A stretch of 64,000 bases of DNA from Nageia nagi. Lineage: Eukaryota > Plantae > Pinophyta. A program made the position numbers and the translations under genes. Below, in pieces: positions 1 to 14,600 of this stretch. Where the stretch lies: contig JBITNC010000001.1 of the NCBI GenBank assembly GCA_050084985.1, positions 64,418,001 to 64,482,000 on the forward strand, in the 5' to 3' direction. Within the stretch, counting starts at the first letter, position 1, and the number at the start of each line of letters is the position of its first letter. The notes under the pieces were generated by a model. It searched no databases, was not told the origin of the DNA, and saw only the letters and a program-made list of their open reading frames with translations.

Positions 1-529
1 AGGACCTAATAGAGGTTCAGAAGCATAGCAATATAATCCTCATCTTGTAAAAGTTGGGGATGCTTTTAAGTGTGAGGAGTAAATCCTATGCCAATCAGGC
101 ATCTCTGCAAATAACAATCTCTCTTCGTCAATAAGGCATCCTTGCAAGTAATGATATTTGGTCCATCAATAAGGCCTTTGACTCCTTGCTAGCCCCACAT
201 CAACGTCCTTTGGAATTTTAGAACTTTAGGATCAAGTTTGCACTATTCCTTTCGAATATGGGGCTATACATCAGATAAAAATCTTGAAGTGTCTACCATT
301 CAGATTGCATCAACTCTTCTTTTCCTCCTTGATGATATTTTTAATACTTTGGTGAGTGTTTTCTTAACAATAAAACACAATCAAGGCCTCAGCTCGCAAC
401 TTCAAGTCTAGGGCATGAGTATGAGGCATACATATAGTTCTTAATAAGCATCTAGATTTTCTCATTTCCCACTTCATTTTCCTGAGAAAGAAAGAAAATA
501 TATTAATGTCCATGGGTGATCAAAAATAG

Positions 530-1999
530 GTCAATGGGACAAATGATGGCTGAATTTGAAATGAAGGATCTTGTTTTGATGAGCTACTTCCTTGGAATCA
601 AAGTACATCAAACTAGTGAAGAGATTTTTGTGTTTCAAACCAAATATGCACTTGATTTGTTGAAGAGATTTGGGATGGAGCATGCAAACCAGTTCTAACT
701 CCCATAGCCCATGGAGAGCACCTTTGCAAGGAGGATGGAGCACCAAAGACAAACAAAAAGGAGTTTAGAAGCATAGTAGGTAGTCTCACGTTTTTGACAA
801 ATACTAGACCAGATTTGCAATCTGGTGTTTCTTGGGTTGCAAGATACATGAGTGATCCATCCATTGTTCATCTCAAGGCTGCAAAAAGATTGCTCAGATA
901 TGTGAAAGAAACATTCAATTTTGGAATCCATTATTCATGTTCTTCCAAGATCAAACTCACAGGTTTCAGTGATAGTGATTGGGGAAGTGATTTGGATGAT
1001 AGGAAAAGTACTAGTGGCAATTGCTTCTCTCTTGGTTCAGGTTTCGTAACATGGAGCTCCAGAAAACAATCAGTTGTTGCTCTTTCAAGTACTGAAGCTG
1101 AGTATGTAGCATTGACAGGTGCCTCAGCACAAGCTTTATGGTTCAAGAAAGTGTTGAAGGAGATTGGAGAGGAGCAAAGAGGACCTACTTTGATTTTCTG
1201 TGATAACCAAAGTGCCATTAAGTTGGCACAAAACCCTATCCATCATTCCTTTACTAAGCACTTTGATATGAAGACACATTTCATCAGGGATTTGGTGGAA
1301 AGTGGAGAAGTTGTATTGAGGTTTTGTCCAACCCAAGACCAAGTAGCTGACATCTTTACAAAAGCAGTTGCTAAGCCTCAATTTTTGCTGCTAAGAGACT
1401 TGATTGTGAGCCCTCTTATCAGCAAGGGGGATTTTGAATAATATTAAATTGAAATATAATGTTGAAGACTCCCAAAATGAGCATAAATGAAGAAAATAAT
1501 ATTTTTCCTAGTTTTGATAGACAGTGGGACAGTCGATGGATGGAGGTCTTAAACTTGTCCAAATGAGCTCATATATAGAGGGTAGATAGCACACTTCACA
1601 AGCTTTCCAGCAGTTCAAAAACCAAGTGAAATAGAGCTATAAATCAAAAGTTACATTCTCTACAAAATGACTGGTTTTTTAGGGCCTGCATACACGGATT
1701 TTGTTTTTTAAAGTCTGTCTTTTGGTTTTTTCATTTAGTTATTCAGTTGTATGAAGTAGTTGGAAGGTCAGGGGATTATTCATCACCATTTTCATGGGTT
1801 CACCTGAACTCCATACTTGTATATATTCATTCTATGCATCGTACTGGATTGGATTGGTAATAATCAAGAATTCCAAAGTTCAATGACTTGGATATGGATA
1901 GTACAATTGCAAAGTTGATATTATTGGTTTGTATAGGGCATTTAATGAATATTTGATAACCTGCCGTGTGTGGGTTCTTCATGTTTCTCCTCTTAAACA
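530..1999 (+). mobile_element. Ty1/Copia 3' remnant: RT end, RNase H, PPT and probable 3' LTR (~1435..1999)
   Basis: [50 protein letters not shown]; PPT AGCAAGGGGGA at 1421-1431, then TGAATA; putative LTR end ...CTTAAACA at 1999 (end less certain). Confidence 0.85.
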
Positions 2000-2430
2000 T
2001 ATTTAGTGCAGAGTCCTATTGGCCGTCCATAGCACTATTTTCTGTTATTGCTAGTTTATATTGTGTCCTAGATCGAATTAGCATTTTTTTTCTTCCTATG
2101 GTCCTTGGTCACAGTGTGCATGAGGACAGTATCAATTCTCAACACTCAAGATTTTTGGGTGACTGCATGTTCTTAAGAGTGTCAGCTAGATGGGAATTTG
2201 TCTGTTTGCATCTATCCAAGTTTCAACTAGAGTAAATGTGAGTGATGGTAATAAGATGGAAGAGTGCATGTTAATGCCTGACTGAAGATTTTTTATTCGA
2301 GTTGTTGTCTAAGAATATGTCTACATCTATATCTCTTTTTAATCTACAAAACATAACTTAAATAACATTAGCAAGGGTTACTGTTGGCTATTATATTTAT
2401 ATTATATTGTAATTTTATGGTTGGTTTTAG

Positions 2431-2630
2431 GTAATGCTGAAAACGGACCTGGTCCTGCAAGCACTCGTTCTCTTGTAGAAATTGCGACAAGTTTGCATCG
2501 GAGTACTATTGAAATGCAAGAATGGAGCCTAGGGGATCTTACTTTGGGTCTTTATCTTCTTTCTCTTCGCCACACTTCTGAGATGGCAGTTGATAACATC
2601 AAGGGTGAACAAATCTTTTCTGACTATGTG
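2431..2630 (+). CDS. Lipase class 3 gene, first exon in window
   Basis: Acceptor ttttag|2431, donor GTG|gtaatg at 2631; encodes [36 protein letters not shown]...IFSDYV. Confidence 0.85.
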
Positions 2631-5600
2631 GTAATGACGTGTTTAAATTCTAGTTTTATGTTACTGTGAAAAGAATCATAAGTTCACCACTATTTTTTAA
2701 TAATAGTAGTTTGGATTCATGTGGTTGGGAGCATATCGTTCAGTGCAATTTTTACTGTAACATCATCCAAAGACATCCTGAGCTATCTTGTTTGATTTCT
2801 GATAGCATCTTTGTTTTATGCATAAAAATTATTGTCGTGGACCCATCCGGAAGATTTTATGAGGTGAATGTTAGGTTCTAGATGCCATTGTTGAGCTCTA
2901 GTTGCAGGTCATTGGCACTGCAGGATGTGAGATAGATGTTGGTGCTAGACTCTAGAGTCTAAACCATCAATGCAGTGTGACAAGATCTTAATAAGGTATA
3001 CTGGAATGACTTACCAACTGGAAGGGATGATTTTACTATGTCACTTCAGTTCTTCATTGGGCGGATTCCCTTGAATACAGGCTAATGCCTGTTGGAATCC
3101 AACAGTGTTTTGTTTGATACAACAGGCTTCACAGTCAGGGCAGTCTAAATGAAGGCCAAGGGGGGGACAACAGCGTGGGTACTTCTTGGAGAACTCATTA
3201 GGCTTTTAGGGTGCTTCTCAACCCATCATGTCTAGTGCCAAGATGAGGAAAATGTCAGTAAATCATCCTTCTACTTAAGTTCACTAGGATAATAGGAGAT
3301 TCTCTTATTTTGTTTTCTTTCTTGTTGACTGGAAGTGAAGACTGTTAGATGTCTTCCTTGTTGATTGGAAGTTAAGACTGTTAGATGAGTTTTGCCCTCA
3401 TCCCATGACCTTACCTATATAAGCAAGGTTTGTACATTGTGTGATCAATGAAATTGCTCTCTCTATTTCTCTACATGGTATCAAAGCAGGTTTGTTGAGA
3501 GCATTCATTCCATCTAGGAAGACGTGTTTGTGTTTTGAAACTGTTGTTTGAAAGACTTCCTCCTAGATCTGTCCAAGATCTACCATTTTGTGTTGATTCG
3601 AATTTTTGTTTGGGCTTAGATGGACATGTTTGTGTTTTGAAGCTCCTTGTTTGAAACGTGGTCCTTGCATCTGGCTCATTTATACCAGATCTGTCATTTT
3701 TTGGACATATCTGTTTTTTTTTTGTTTTGAGCCTTTTTTGTGGCTTGTGGAGGTTGAGTTCAAGTGTTTAGGGTTTCATATCTATGTTTTTGACAAATCT
3801 GGTTTGTGTTGTGTTGGGTACATGAGATCTTGTGTGGATTTGCTTGTGTTTGCATCACGCATCTTGTCATACAACTCGTTTCCTCTTTCGACTCTCTTAC
3901 AGATCTACATACCATTGGATCATTGGACTATTGCTACTAGGTGTTGCATATGGTGTTTGGCCTCAACCTCTCTCTCTGCAACACCACTCACCGACAAAAG
4001 TGATCGCCATCTCTCATAATAGGGCATGCAATGCAAAGCTAAAGGAGTTGAAGATTGTGAGTAGGCTCCTCTTGTGCCTTCCTACTCCTTGTTGCTTGTT
4101 ACAATAGTTTGTCTTCTAGAAACTAGTGCATGGAGGTTATGGGCATGTCTGGTTGCTCATAGCGAATAAGGCAATGGTTTCTTTCTATTGCACATTGCTT
4201 ATTGCTCCCCTACTAGACGCGCCTTGTAGTGCACCTCGCTTAACTAATTCCTTTTAACACATAAAAACTAGGACATTTTCTTTTATATACATGAAACACC
4301 CGACATAACATTTTCATGGATATTGAACGATCCACATGAGCTTCATATTGCTGGCTAGACGACACTCAAGTGGGTTAGGTTAATCACTTCCTTGGGTTGA
4401 TCAACCCCTTCCGTTTTCTAGAGTTCACCTTCCTAGCTCCTCCTTGTTAGGATGGACGCCTAATTGTGGTTCCTCCATTATTAACCGCATCACCTATAGT
4501 AAATCATTTGATCACAACGTTCGGGTTTAGTTTCATCTTGGGGCCCATATCATCCAAGATGGCGCTAATCCTATAATGTGCCAAATAAAATATATAAACC
4601 CTAGCTATTAATTTCACAACTACAAATGCAAAATTACTCAGGAAAATATATATGAGACCCAGAAAACTCCACACATATATTTTATTGAATCACAAAATCA
4701 TGGGACAACACAAGATCAAGCCTCCTATAGGCCAACGTCACCCTTCTAGGGTTACAAGAGGCTGAAACACACCAAAACATTGCTAAACTATGATGCCACA
4801 AATAGCATGCTGCTATCAAGCGACTCTTTTACATTGCCAAAGGCTGAAATTGTCCAAATCACACTGCACATTGAAACCCTAGCTATTAACTCCATTGAAG
4901 CTCTGTAGCAAACCCTAGGTAGATTTGCCTCCCAAATCCAATCAAATAGCAAGGGCCATCACATGTCTATCTGATTAGGACTTCTTGAAGAGAAGGATCA
5001 TCGCCATTCCTCAGAAAGAATGAGCAAGTATCAACCTTGTCTCAATGGAACCCTTGAAGGAATCCAAAATGACATAATAACAAATGAAATAATATCCCAA
5101 ACGTGTGAAGCTAGGCTCCTTATATAGCCCCAACATTATAATTTTGTATTGAATGGGGTCCACAACTTAAGCTCCATAAAGTCACTTAATAAAAATAAAA
5201 TATAACATCATAAACTAATGTAAGGGTCCTAGCCACATTGTCTCCCCTTGCAAAAGTCCTTAGGAACATTTTAAGTGTTCCAAACTCATTTTTAAAAATA
5301 AAAACTGGGGACATTACAAGTCCTCCCTCCTCAAAATAGCTTGTCCTCAAGCAATTGCAATGCTGGATGAGCAAGTATTTCTTCTCCTTCCCATGTTGCA
5401 TCTTCTAAAGGCAAATTTTTCCATTTGATCAAGTATTCTTGTATTATTCTTTTCCTCACCCTTATCTCCCTGAATTCCAAAATTGTTTCTGGTTCAAGGA
5501 TTAGGTTTCCCTTCATCATCTTAAGGAGGTAAATCGGAAGAAGGCTGAATATGTTGTCCCAATGCCTTTTTGAGGCATGAAACATGAAATACATTATGAA

Positions 5601-8600
5601 TCCTGCTGTTCTTTGGAAGCTCAAGTGCATATGCTACTTCTCCAACCTTGCGCAACACCTTATATAGGCCATAGAATTTGGGTCTCAACTTCTCCACACG
5701 ACTATGGGACATTTGTTTGTAGGGCTGCAATCTAACATACACCATGTCCCCTACGTCAAATTGGCGTTCACTCCTTTGCTGGTTTGTGTATTTTTTTTGC
5801 TGTGTGTGTGCCATTTGAATGTTGTCCTTGAGTGCTTCCATGATATCCTGGTGTTCTTCAATGAAATCTTTCGCTTTGGGCACCCTACTATCACTCAACA
5901 ACAAATCCACAAGGTTAGGAGCATCATATCCATAGAGTGCTTTGAGAGGAGACATCTTAATTGACATGTGATATGCTGAATTGTAACAGAATCCTCCCAA
6001 GTGCAGCCATTTAATCCATGCGTTTTGCTGTCCTGAAACGTAATTTCTAAGGTACCTTTCCACCCACTTATTTACTATTTCAGTTTGTCCATCTGCTTGT
6101 GGATGATAGCTGGTACTTGGAGTCAAAATAGTACCGCACAACTTGAATAATTCCTGCTAAAACATGCTTAAAAACCTACTATCCCTATCACTCACTATAG
6201 TCTTTGGTAATCCATGCGATTTGAACACTTCTTTGAAGAACAGGTCAGCGATTTTTATGGCTGTATATGACACTGAGATGGCATAGAAATCTGCAAATTT
6301 TGTTAACCTGTCCACCACAACAAATATGCAATCCTTACCTTGCACTTTTGGAAGTCCAGTAATAAAATCCATAGATATACTCTCCCAGTTTTGGCTTGGA
6401 ATTGGTAGGGGCTGGAGTAGACCAGCTGGCAAAACATTCTCACTCTTATTTTCATGGCACACATCACATTCCCTCACATGTTTCAAAGCATCATCCTTCA
6501 ATCCCTTCCATGTAAACTTCTCACGAACCTGTCTATATGTTTTGAAAAAGCCCAGATGTCCTACCATGGGTGCATCATGCATGGAATGAATCAATTTCTC
6601 TTTCAGCCGTGAATTTGGCACCAAATAGACCCTGTTTTTATAAAAAATCAGTCCCTGTTGTACGCTGTACTTGTCATTCTGTATGCTGCCCTCAAGCAAT
6701 TTTGATTCCCAATCATCCTTGGCATATTCCGCCATTATCGCAGCCTTCCAATTTGCTGTTATACCTGAGATAGCACAAAATTGTGGCATTCTGGACAACG
6801 CATCAGCAGCTGCATTCTTTTTTCCCTTTTACAAATTCAATATCAAAATCATAGGATTGCAAATTTGTAACCCATTTTTGGTGCCTCTCATTCAAATCTC
6901 GCTGTCCAAGAAAATATATTAAACTGTTATGATCAGTTCTAATCACAAATTTACCACATACCAAGTATTGTTTGAACTTTGACAGTGCATGCATGATTGC
7001 CAACATTTCCTTCTCATAGATACTGAAGCATCCCTTTTGCATTAAAATTGCCCCAACACCTACACCTGAAGCATCACAATCAATGGTGTAAGTCAATGAA
7101 AAATCAGGAATAGCAAGTAGGGGAGTAGAAGTCATCACTTCCTTTAGCATATCAAATCCATGTTTTGCCTCTTGTGTCCATGTGAAAGCTCCTTTTTTTG
7201 TTAACTCTGGGAGAGGGGCTGCCAATGATGAAAAGCCCTTAATGAAACGTCTATAATAACTGCAAAGACCCAAAAATCCTCTCAATTGAGTGAAAGTCGT
7301 GGGAGGTGGCCAATTTTGTATTGCTACAATTTTCTCTTTATCAACTTGCACTCCTTCATGGCTGATTATGTGCCCCAAATATAAAATTTTTGTCCTAGCA
7401 AAGTCACACTTTGATTTTTTTGCAAAAAATTACTGCCGTTCAAGAATTCCCAACACAATATCCAAATGTTGCAAATGTTCATCCCAATTTTTGCTGTAAA
7501 CCAATATATCATCAAAGAATACAAGTACAAACCTTCTTAGATACTTGTCAAATATCTGATTCATCGAAGTGGCTGGAGCGTTTGTTAGACCAAAAGGCAT
7601 AACAAGAAATTCATAGTGACCACAATGGCAACGAAAGGCTGTTTTTGGTATGTCTTCCTTCCTTATTCTGATTTGGTGATAACCTGATTTCAAATCAATC
7701 TTGGAGAAATACTTGGCACCACATAACTCATCAATTAATTCATCCACCCTAGGAATTGGATATTTGTTTTTTATTGTCTTCTTGTTAAGAGCTCTATAGT
7801 CAATGCACATGCGCATGCTACCCTCCTTTTTCACCAATACAACTGATGATGCAAAAGGACTACTACTTGGACAAATATGGCCACTATCCAAAAGCTCTTT
7901 AATTATTTTCTCTATCTCATCCTTAAAAACCTTTGGATGCCTATATGGATTTATGACAATGGGCTCTGTTCTCGTTTCTAGCTCTATAACATGTTGGAAT
8001 CCTCTACTAGGTGGCAATCCTTTAGGGAGATCATCAAACACTCTTTTATGCTTGTGTAAAACAGCTTGAATTTGAAGGTGTTTACCAATAGATTTGCTAC
8101 CTTGTGTGGTGAATATTCCAGCAGCCCATAATATGTCCCATTTGCCAATGATGCGTCCCATACTCTTGGCTGAAACTTGCATGATTTTACACTCCTTTTC
8201 AGGTGCATTGTCTCTAATTCCATGCAGCACTATGTCACGTCCATTTGCTTGGAATTTCAGCTCCAAGGTTTGATAATTTGTAGTGTGATCGCCAAGTGTC
8301 CATAGCCATTGCACTCCCAAAACTAATGGTGGTGTTCCTCCCACTGGAAACACAAAGAAATCATCAACAACTGTGTAATCTTTAAATCTGACCTCTAATT
8401 TCCTTACCATCTTGTTGCATGGCACAATGTCACCATTCTTTCCCATCACAACATTGAAACCTCCAAATGGTTCAGCTTTCAATTTTAACCTGCCTACAAA
8501 TATCTCATCCACAAAATTGTGAGTAGCATCTCCATCTATGAGCACAATCACTTTCTCTCCAACTGCTTCACCCGACACTTTGATTGACCTAAATTTGTTC

Positions 8601-11600
8601 ATGCCTCCCAAGGTAGCTAACGCTCCCTCATGGCCACTTGCATCTTGCTTTTGGTCCTCTGGATCTTTGTCATCAGAAGATACATACTCATTGTCTGATT
8701 CTTCTCCTTCAGAAATCACCTCAATGTAGTGGATTTGACCCTTTCCTTGACACCTATGTCCTGGAACCCATGGTGGCCTGCATGTTAAACATAATTTTTT
8801 TCTCCTAAACTCATTGCGCTCCTCCCAATTCCCTTTAGAAGCTGATGCAGGGATTTTTGATGCTTGCGCAGGTGGTCTAGGTGTTGAAATTTTTGAGTAT
8901 TGCCTCTGGAATGGTTGTTTGCCAGGCAAATTGTTGGCTAAGTATTTGGGACGAGGTGGTAACACTGATTCCAAATCGAGTGCTCTTTTGATTGCGTCTT
9001 CCAAACTAGAAGGCTCAAATGCTTTCACTAAACCCCTCAACGGCTCTAACAATCCATCAATGAATAAAAATGTCACCCTCTTGGTTGAGATATTCTGCAC
9101 TTGAATGACAATCTTCTCAAAATCCTCAATATACTCATTCAGTGATGACGTTTGCTTGAGTGTTGCTAATTCTTTGAAATATTCTTCAACATCTTTTTGA
9201 TCAAACCTGTTGAAAACCCTTTGACAAAATTCCTCAAACGTAGTGATTTGCCCATGGCCTTGTGTAATGAGGATGTGATGCCACCAATCATAAGCTTTGC
9301 CTTCTAAACTCAAAGTAGCTACCTGAATTGCATCCTCCTCAGGCATGGGATCAAGAACAAAATAAATCTGGAGTTTTTGTAGCCATGCCCTGGCTAACAA
9401 ACTGTCATTGCCATTGAATGTTGGCACTTGCATTTTCTGCTGTAGTTTTTTCTTCTCTCCCATGCTAGAGCTTGTAACCTTCTTTCCAGGGATTTGTAAA
9501 TACTGCTGAAAATTAACTGCTGTTCAAAAAGTTTCAGGTTTCTCCATATATTCTGCAAAACGTGTCTCCAAGTCATCCTGAATCTGCTCCTCTTGTTGCT
9601 GTGAGGTGAACATAGGCTTGGGCGGCTTGGGTAGGGAATTTGATGAGCTTCTTGTAGATCTATCATTCCCCCCATTAACCTGCGTTGCTCCCCTATGGGA
9701 TGTTTCACCCTCATGCATGGCGCTAGGCCTAGGGTAATTCCTCATTGTCATCTACTTTAAATAGTTCATAGTCTCAGTCTGTGTCACTGCCATTTGAGTC
9801 AATACTTGGAGGAGATCATCAAATTTCCTTTCAGATTCATCTTGGGGATTTGGTCCTTGTCCCTCTCTTGCCATATCTGCTAAATTTAGCCTTTTCCTCA
9901 AGTGCAGCCTCTTCTGGATTAAAATTCACCTTATTCGTCCTGGTGTAATATTTATGGGTAGGTTGCATGAAGAGATCAAACCACTGTTTTCTTCCCTCAC
10001 TAGTTTCCCTTTGATTGAGTGTTGCAAACAAGACTAAAATAGGACTGGAATGGGTTGCCCGCGCTGTGTTACACCAAAATGCTCTTAGAGCATGACATTC
10101 TCCTCATAAGGGAAAAAATCCAAGCGAAACGTTACTAATCTGCTGTTCGTGACACAGGTACAGCTGTTAAAATATCCAAATCTTCCCTCTAGAAAGTTTT
10201 AAATATGACCAACACTAGGGTAATGAGCTGGATGAATTCTTGCTGGACTGAGAATGGTGCAATACCAACAGATAGACTCCAAGAAGCCCACAAATCAGAT
10301 CTGAAGTGGTTCTAAATTAAAACTGAAATGAGCAGGTTCACTACGCTGTGATCTCCATTGGACAGTGGAATATTGGGCTCAAAAAGCAGATCTGAAGTGT
10401 AAAGCACAAACCCAGCTCCCTCAGATCACAACGTCCCTTCCTTGGAGATGTATGGTCTCAAAAGGGGTAAAATCAACCCAATTGATGCCATGAACTCTCC
10501 TCAGCTGAAGCTATATGGTAATTAGTGCAGATTTGATCCAAATGCTCAAATGCAGGCCAAAAATATAGATCAGACCTCTAATGCCCCCTAGAAACCCAAC
10601 AAACTCTCCAAACTGATAGATCAAGTTTGCATGCACTGAGACCTATTAGATCTGATGGATCTTCCCACAAGATGGCAAGATCTAGGCTCTGATACCACTT
10701 ATAATGTGCCAAATAAAATATATAAACCCTAGCTATTAATTTCACAACTACAAATGCAAATTACTCAGGAAATTATATATGAGACCCAAAAAACTCACAC
10801 ATATATTTTATTGAATCACAAAATCATGGGGCAACACAAGATCAATGTCACCCTTCTAGGGTTACAAGAGGCTGAAACACACCAAAGCATTGCTAAACTA
10901 TGATGTCACAAATAGCATGCTGCTATCCACTGACTCTTCTACATTGCCAAAGGCTGAAATTGTCCAAATCACACTGCACATTGAAACCCTAGCTGCTAAC
11001 TCCATTGAATCTCTATAGCAAACCCTAGGTAGATTTGCCTTCCAAATCCAATCAAATAGCAAGGGCCATCCATTGTCTATCTGATTAGGACTTCCTGAAG
11101 AGAGGGATCATCGCCATTCCGCATAAAGAATGAGCAAGGATCAGCCTTGTCTCAATGGAATCCTGGAAGGAATCCAAAATGACATAATAACAAATGAGAT
11201 AATATCCCAAATGTGTGAAGCCATGCTCCTTATATAGCCCCATTGTTATAATTTTGCATTGAATGAGGTCCACAACTTAAGCTCCATAAAGTCACTTAAT
11301 AAAAATAAAAATATAACATCATAAACTAATGTAAGGGTCCTAGCCACATTGTCTCCCACTTGCATAAGTCCTTAGGAACATTTTAAGTGTTCCAAATTCA
11401 TTTTTAAAAGTCCTTAGGAACATTTTAAGTGTTCCAAATTCATTTTTAAGAATAAAAACTGGGGACATTACAAATCCAAAGATTATTTAACATCATCCGA
11501 TAAATAACTGTCCACTAAACCATGGGTAAAACGTATTGCTCCAGGAACAGTTGTCATGTCCACCCACATACCGTGAGTCACATACTGTGAAGAGATGACT

Positions 11601-14600
11601 GCAACATATGGCCTCACTCGACATAGCGTAGATTGTTCAACTACTATACCTTATCCCGAGATATGGAATTCTAATCTGCCCATAACTATCAATTAGTTCC
11701 ACCAACAGTTTGGTATCCTCATGCCCATATCTTGAGAAACCATCATGCATGATTGTGGTAACATTTCTTGCTAACCATATCATGGATATGGATGCATCAT
11801 TCGCTACCCATACTTCAAGTTTTTCCAGATTATTAAGTCATTAGTCCTGGATTTTAGTCCTAGTCTATCAAACGTCCAAGTTCAGCTTAAGAGATCTTTA
11901 TTTGAGCAACATATAAAATTATCTTGTATTCCATAGTCTAAAACACAACTACTTAGGTCGATATTGATAATTGATCCCATATTTGTTATGGAGTTCAATG
12001 ACATACTTTATATTGATCTTAGAGAAAGTAAAAAGCACCCGAGTGAGCTTCCAATACAAACTACTTGTGATTCAATCAAAGAAATACATAGAGTATTGTT
12101 GGAAGTTATCGCTTTCATTTCTCTTTTCTTTGAATGACATTCTATTACTTAAGTTCTTTCGTCGTTTTACCCTAGGTACTAATTTCTAGAGTTTGTTTCC
12201 AAATTCTACTCTTCATTCATCATACTAATTGTATAAACGTAATCATCAACCATTGATTGTTTATCACACATTCTCATTAACATTTTCAAAGATAGAATTG
12301 CTACTTTATCCATTATATGTATGAAATAACCAGTGTTCCACACTACTAGGGAATAGGGGGATGTGTATCCGGGGATGGGGGAAAAAATAGGGTCATTTTG
12401 GGGAACGGCAGGAAATTGCTAGGGAACGATAAATATAATACTAGTAAAAATTATCAGAATTTTCAGATTTTTAAGATTTTATCATCTCCAATTCATTATT
12501 ACTATGATGAATAATCATATTATCAAATTTAATCATGTATACAAATTAAAAACATGGAATTGAAATTAGAAATTCAATTTCAAGACATAATCATAAAAAA
12601 GGGTAAATCTGATAACACAATCATAATGTTATAGGTATGAAAGACTGAATCAAATACATGGAGGGGACATCACTATGTCGAATAAGTATCTGAATAACAA
12701 AATAAAAATGCCCAAAATAACCACTATAGTCTATGCCCTATGGCTCTATAGGCTCATGTGCTAATGGTTGTGTATCCATATCCTCCTAATTGCTCTTTTT
12801 CTCTTCATTGCTGTTTTTTTCTTCTACTGTGTGTTTTTCTTCCTCCTTGCTCTCTTTCTCCTCTACACAATGACAAGCGATTACAAAATCACTTTTAGAG
12901 CATCTTTTTAGGTTTAGAGGGCGTGCAAACATGGGTGGGGCCTATCATAAAGCACTTTATATGCTTTTTTTCAAGTCAAAAATTGTTTTTTTTTCCCAGC
13001 TTTCTTGGGTCCAGCTGTGGGGGTAACTCTGGTTGTTTCCTAGCCGTTCCCGAGGATGGCCATCAGTTCCTTGGCCGTTCTCGATTAGGTGGAAGATTGA
13101 GGAACGTTTCCCCCATCTTGGGGGACATCCCAGGGACATCACCCATCCATCCCCCAAAAAGGAAACGACTGGGAAATGTTTCCCTAGGCATTCCCAACTT
13201 CTCAAAACTCAGGAACGTCGGGAACGGTTTCTCTAGGAGGGGGAACACATCCTCATGGAACATTGGAATAACTAATCAATGTGTATTCTATTACAATAAT
13301 TGTAAACATGAAACAATCCAAACAATTTAACTTAATTTACAATTTACCTCTATTCCATTTTCATCAAATTGAATTGTTCATCACCACACTTACATATCAT
13401 CAATACATTTATTTATTTTATTATTTCAAATACTCATAATTACCAAATTAAGAAAATATAATCTTAAATCATCATAAGCGTCACAAGTATCATATGCACA
13501 AATCATTCATCATTTGACATAAGGATTTGATTAATGTGAGAAACTCTTGATGTCAAGTTGTGAAGTAAAACTCATGGGCTATAAGTCTTATCCAACAATC
13601 ATTTTATGAAATCAATAGCAATAAGTACATCATAGTGCATTTTAGTGAACTAAAATACATGAAATAAATGCAACATATAATAAATACATAACAATTGATG
13701 ATCATAAATTCCTTCTAAATGATGAAGCTCTCCATGAGTTCTTCTTGAAGGAGTCCTCATAGGTCATTGGTCTTCTCGACCTTCGAAGAGATATGTGTCA
13801 TAGTGAAGAATAGTACACCATTCAGTTGGGAAGGAAATCTTTCCTCTTACTCGGTGATCTTTGCGAGACGATCAAGACGGGAAAGCAACCCATCAATTAG
13901 GTGAGAACGCGTTATTGAACTCCTCTTGTAATGATTGATATCCCAAGGTTTCTCTAGGAAGTTCGTGTTGTTAATACGATCTTGAATTGTGTAGGTCTTG
14001 TTTGGGAATCAGCTAAGTTGGTGGGATAGAGGTAGTAACTGTTAACACACGTTTTTTATAGGGATCGAGGTGTTTATTGTGCAATAGTTTGAAAGTTGCT
14101 ATGAGTTTTAAAGAAAATGAAAAAGTAAAGAAAAGAAAAGTGAGAATGAGGCAGAATACTGGCTAGATTTCAAAGAGGCGATCACAATGCAATGTTGTCT
14201 AAATTTTCTCTCTATCGCTCACTCTCTTTGGCATATATATTGATGACCTTAAAGACTTCCTCCGGCTACACATAGACATAGATGATAGTTGTCTACTCTA
14301 CCATATTCAGATTGCTATACTACTTTTTGCGGATGATGTGATCCTCCTATTGCACTCCCCAGAGGGCCTCCAGAGACAGCTGGACGCTCTTGCCCTTTTT
14401 CGTGACCAGAAACAACTCACCGTTAACCTCAGTAAAACCAAGACCATGGTCTTTAATACCTCTAGGGCTACTCTATCTAGCTTCCATTTTTAGTATAGAG
14501 GTGAGACGGTTGAGATTTACACTGCTTACACTTACTTGGGAGTTCAGTTCTTTTGGGCCATCTTTCAGCCTGAAGCCAGCCTCACAGACACGTCTCAGCA

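Larger units (their letters stand above)
4572..11472 (-). mobile_element. Full-length Ty3/Gypsy chromovirus (Reina-like), inactivated
   Basis: LTRs 4572..5318 and 10700..11472; TSD AATCC (4567-4571, 11473-11477); PBS TGGTATCAGAGC (rc 10686-10697); PPT GAGGAGGGAGGAC next to 5318; gag-PR-RT-RH-INT-chromodomain order. Confidence 0.96.

Noticed and set aside
1-270. Possible LTR end (...ATGGGGCTATACA at 270)
   Set aside because: No partner LTR, PBS or TSD is visible within the window.
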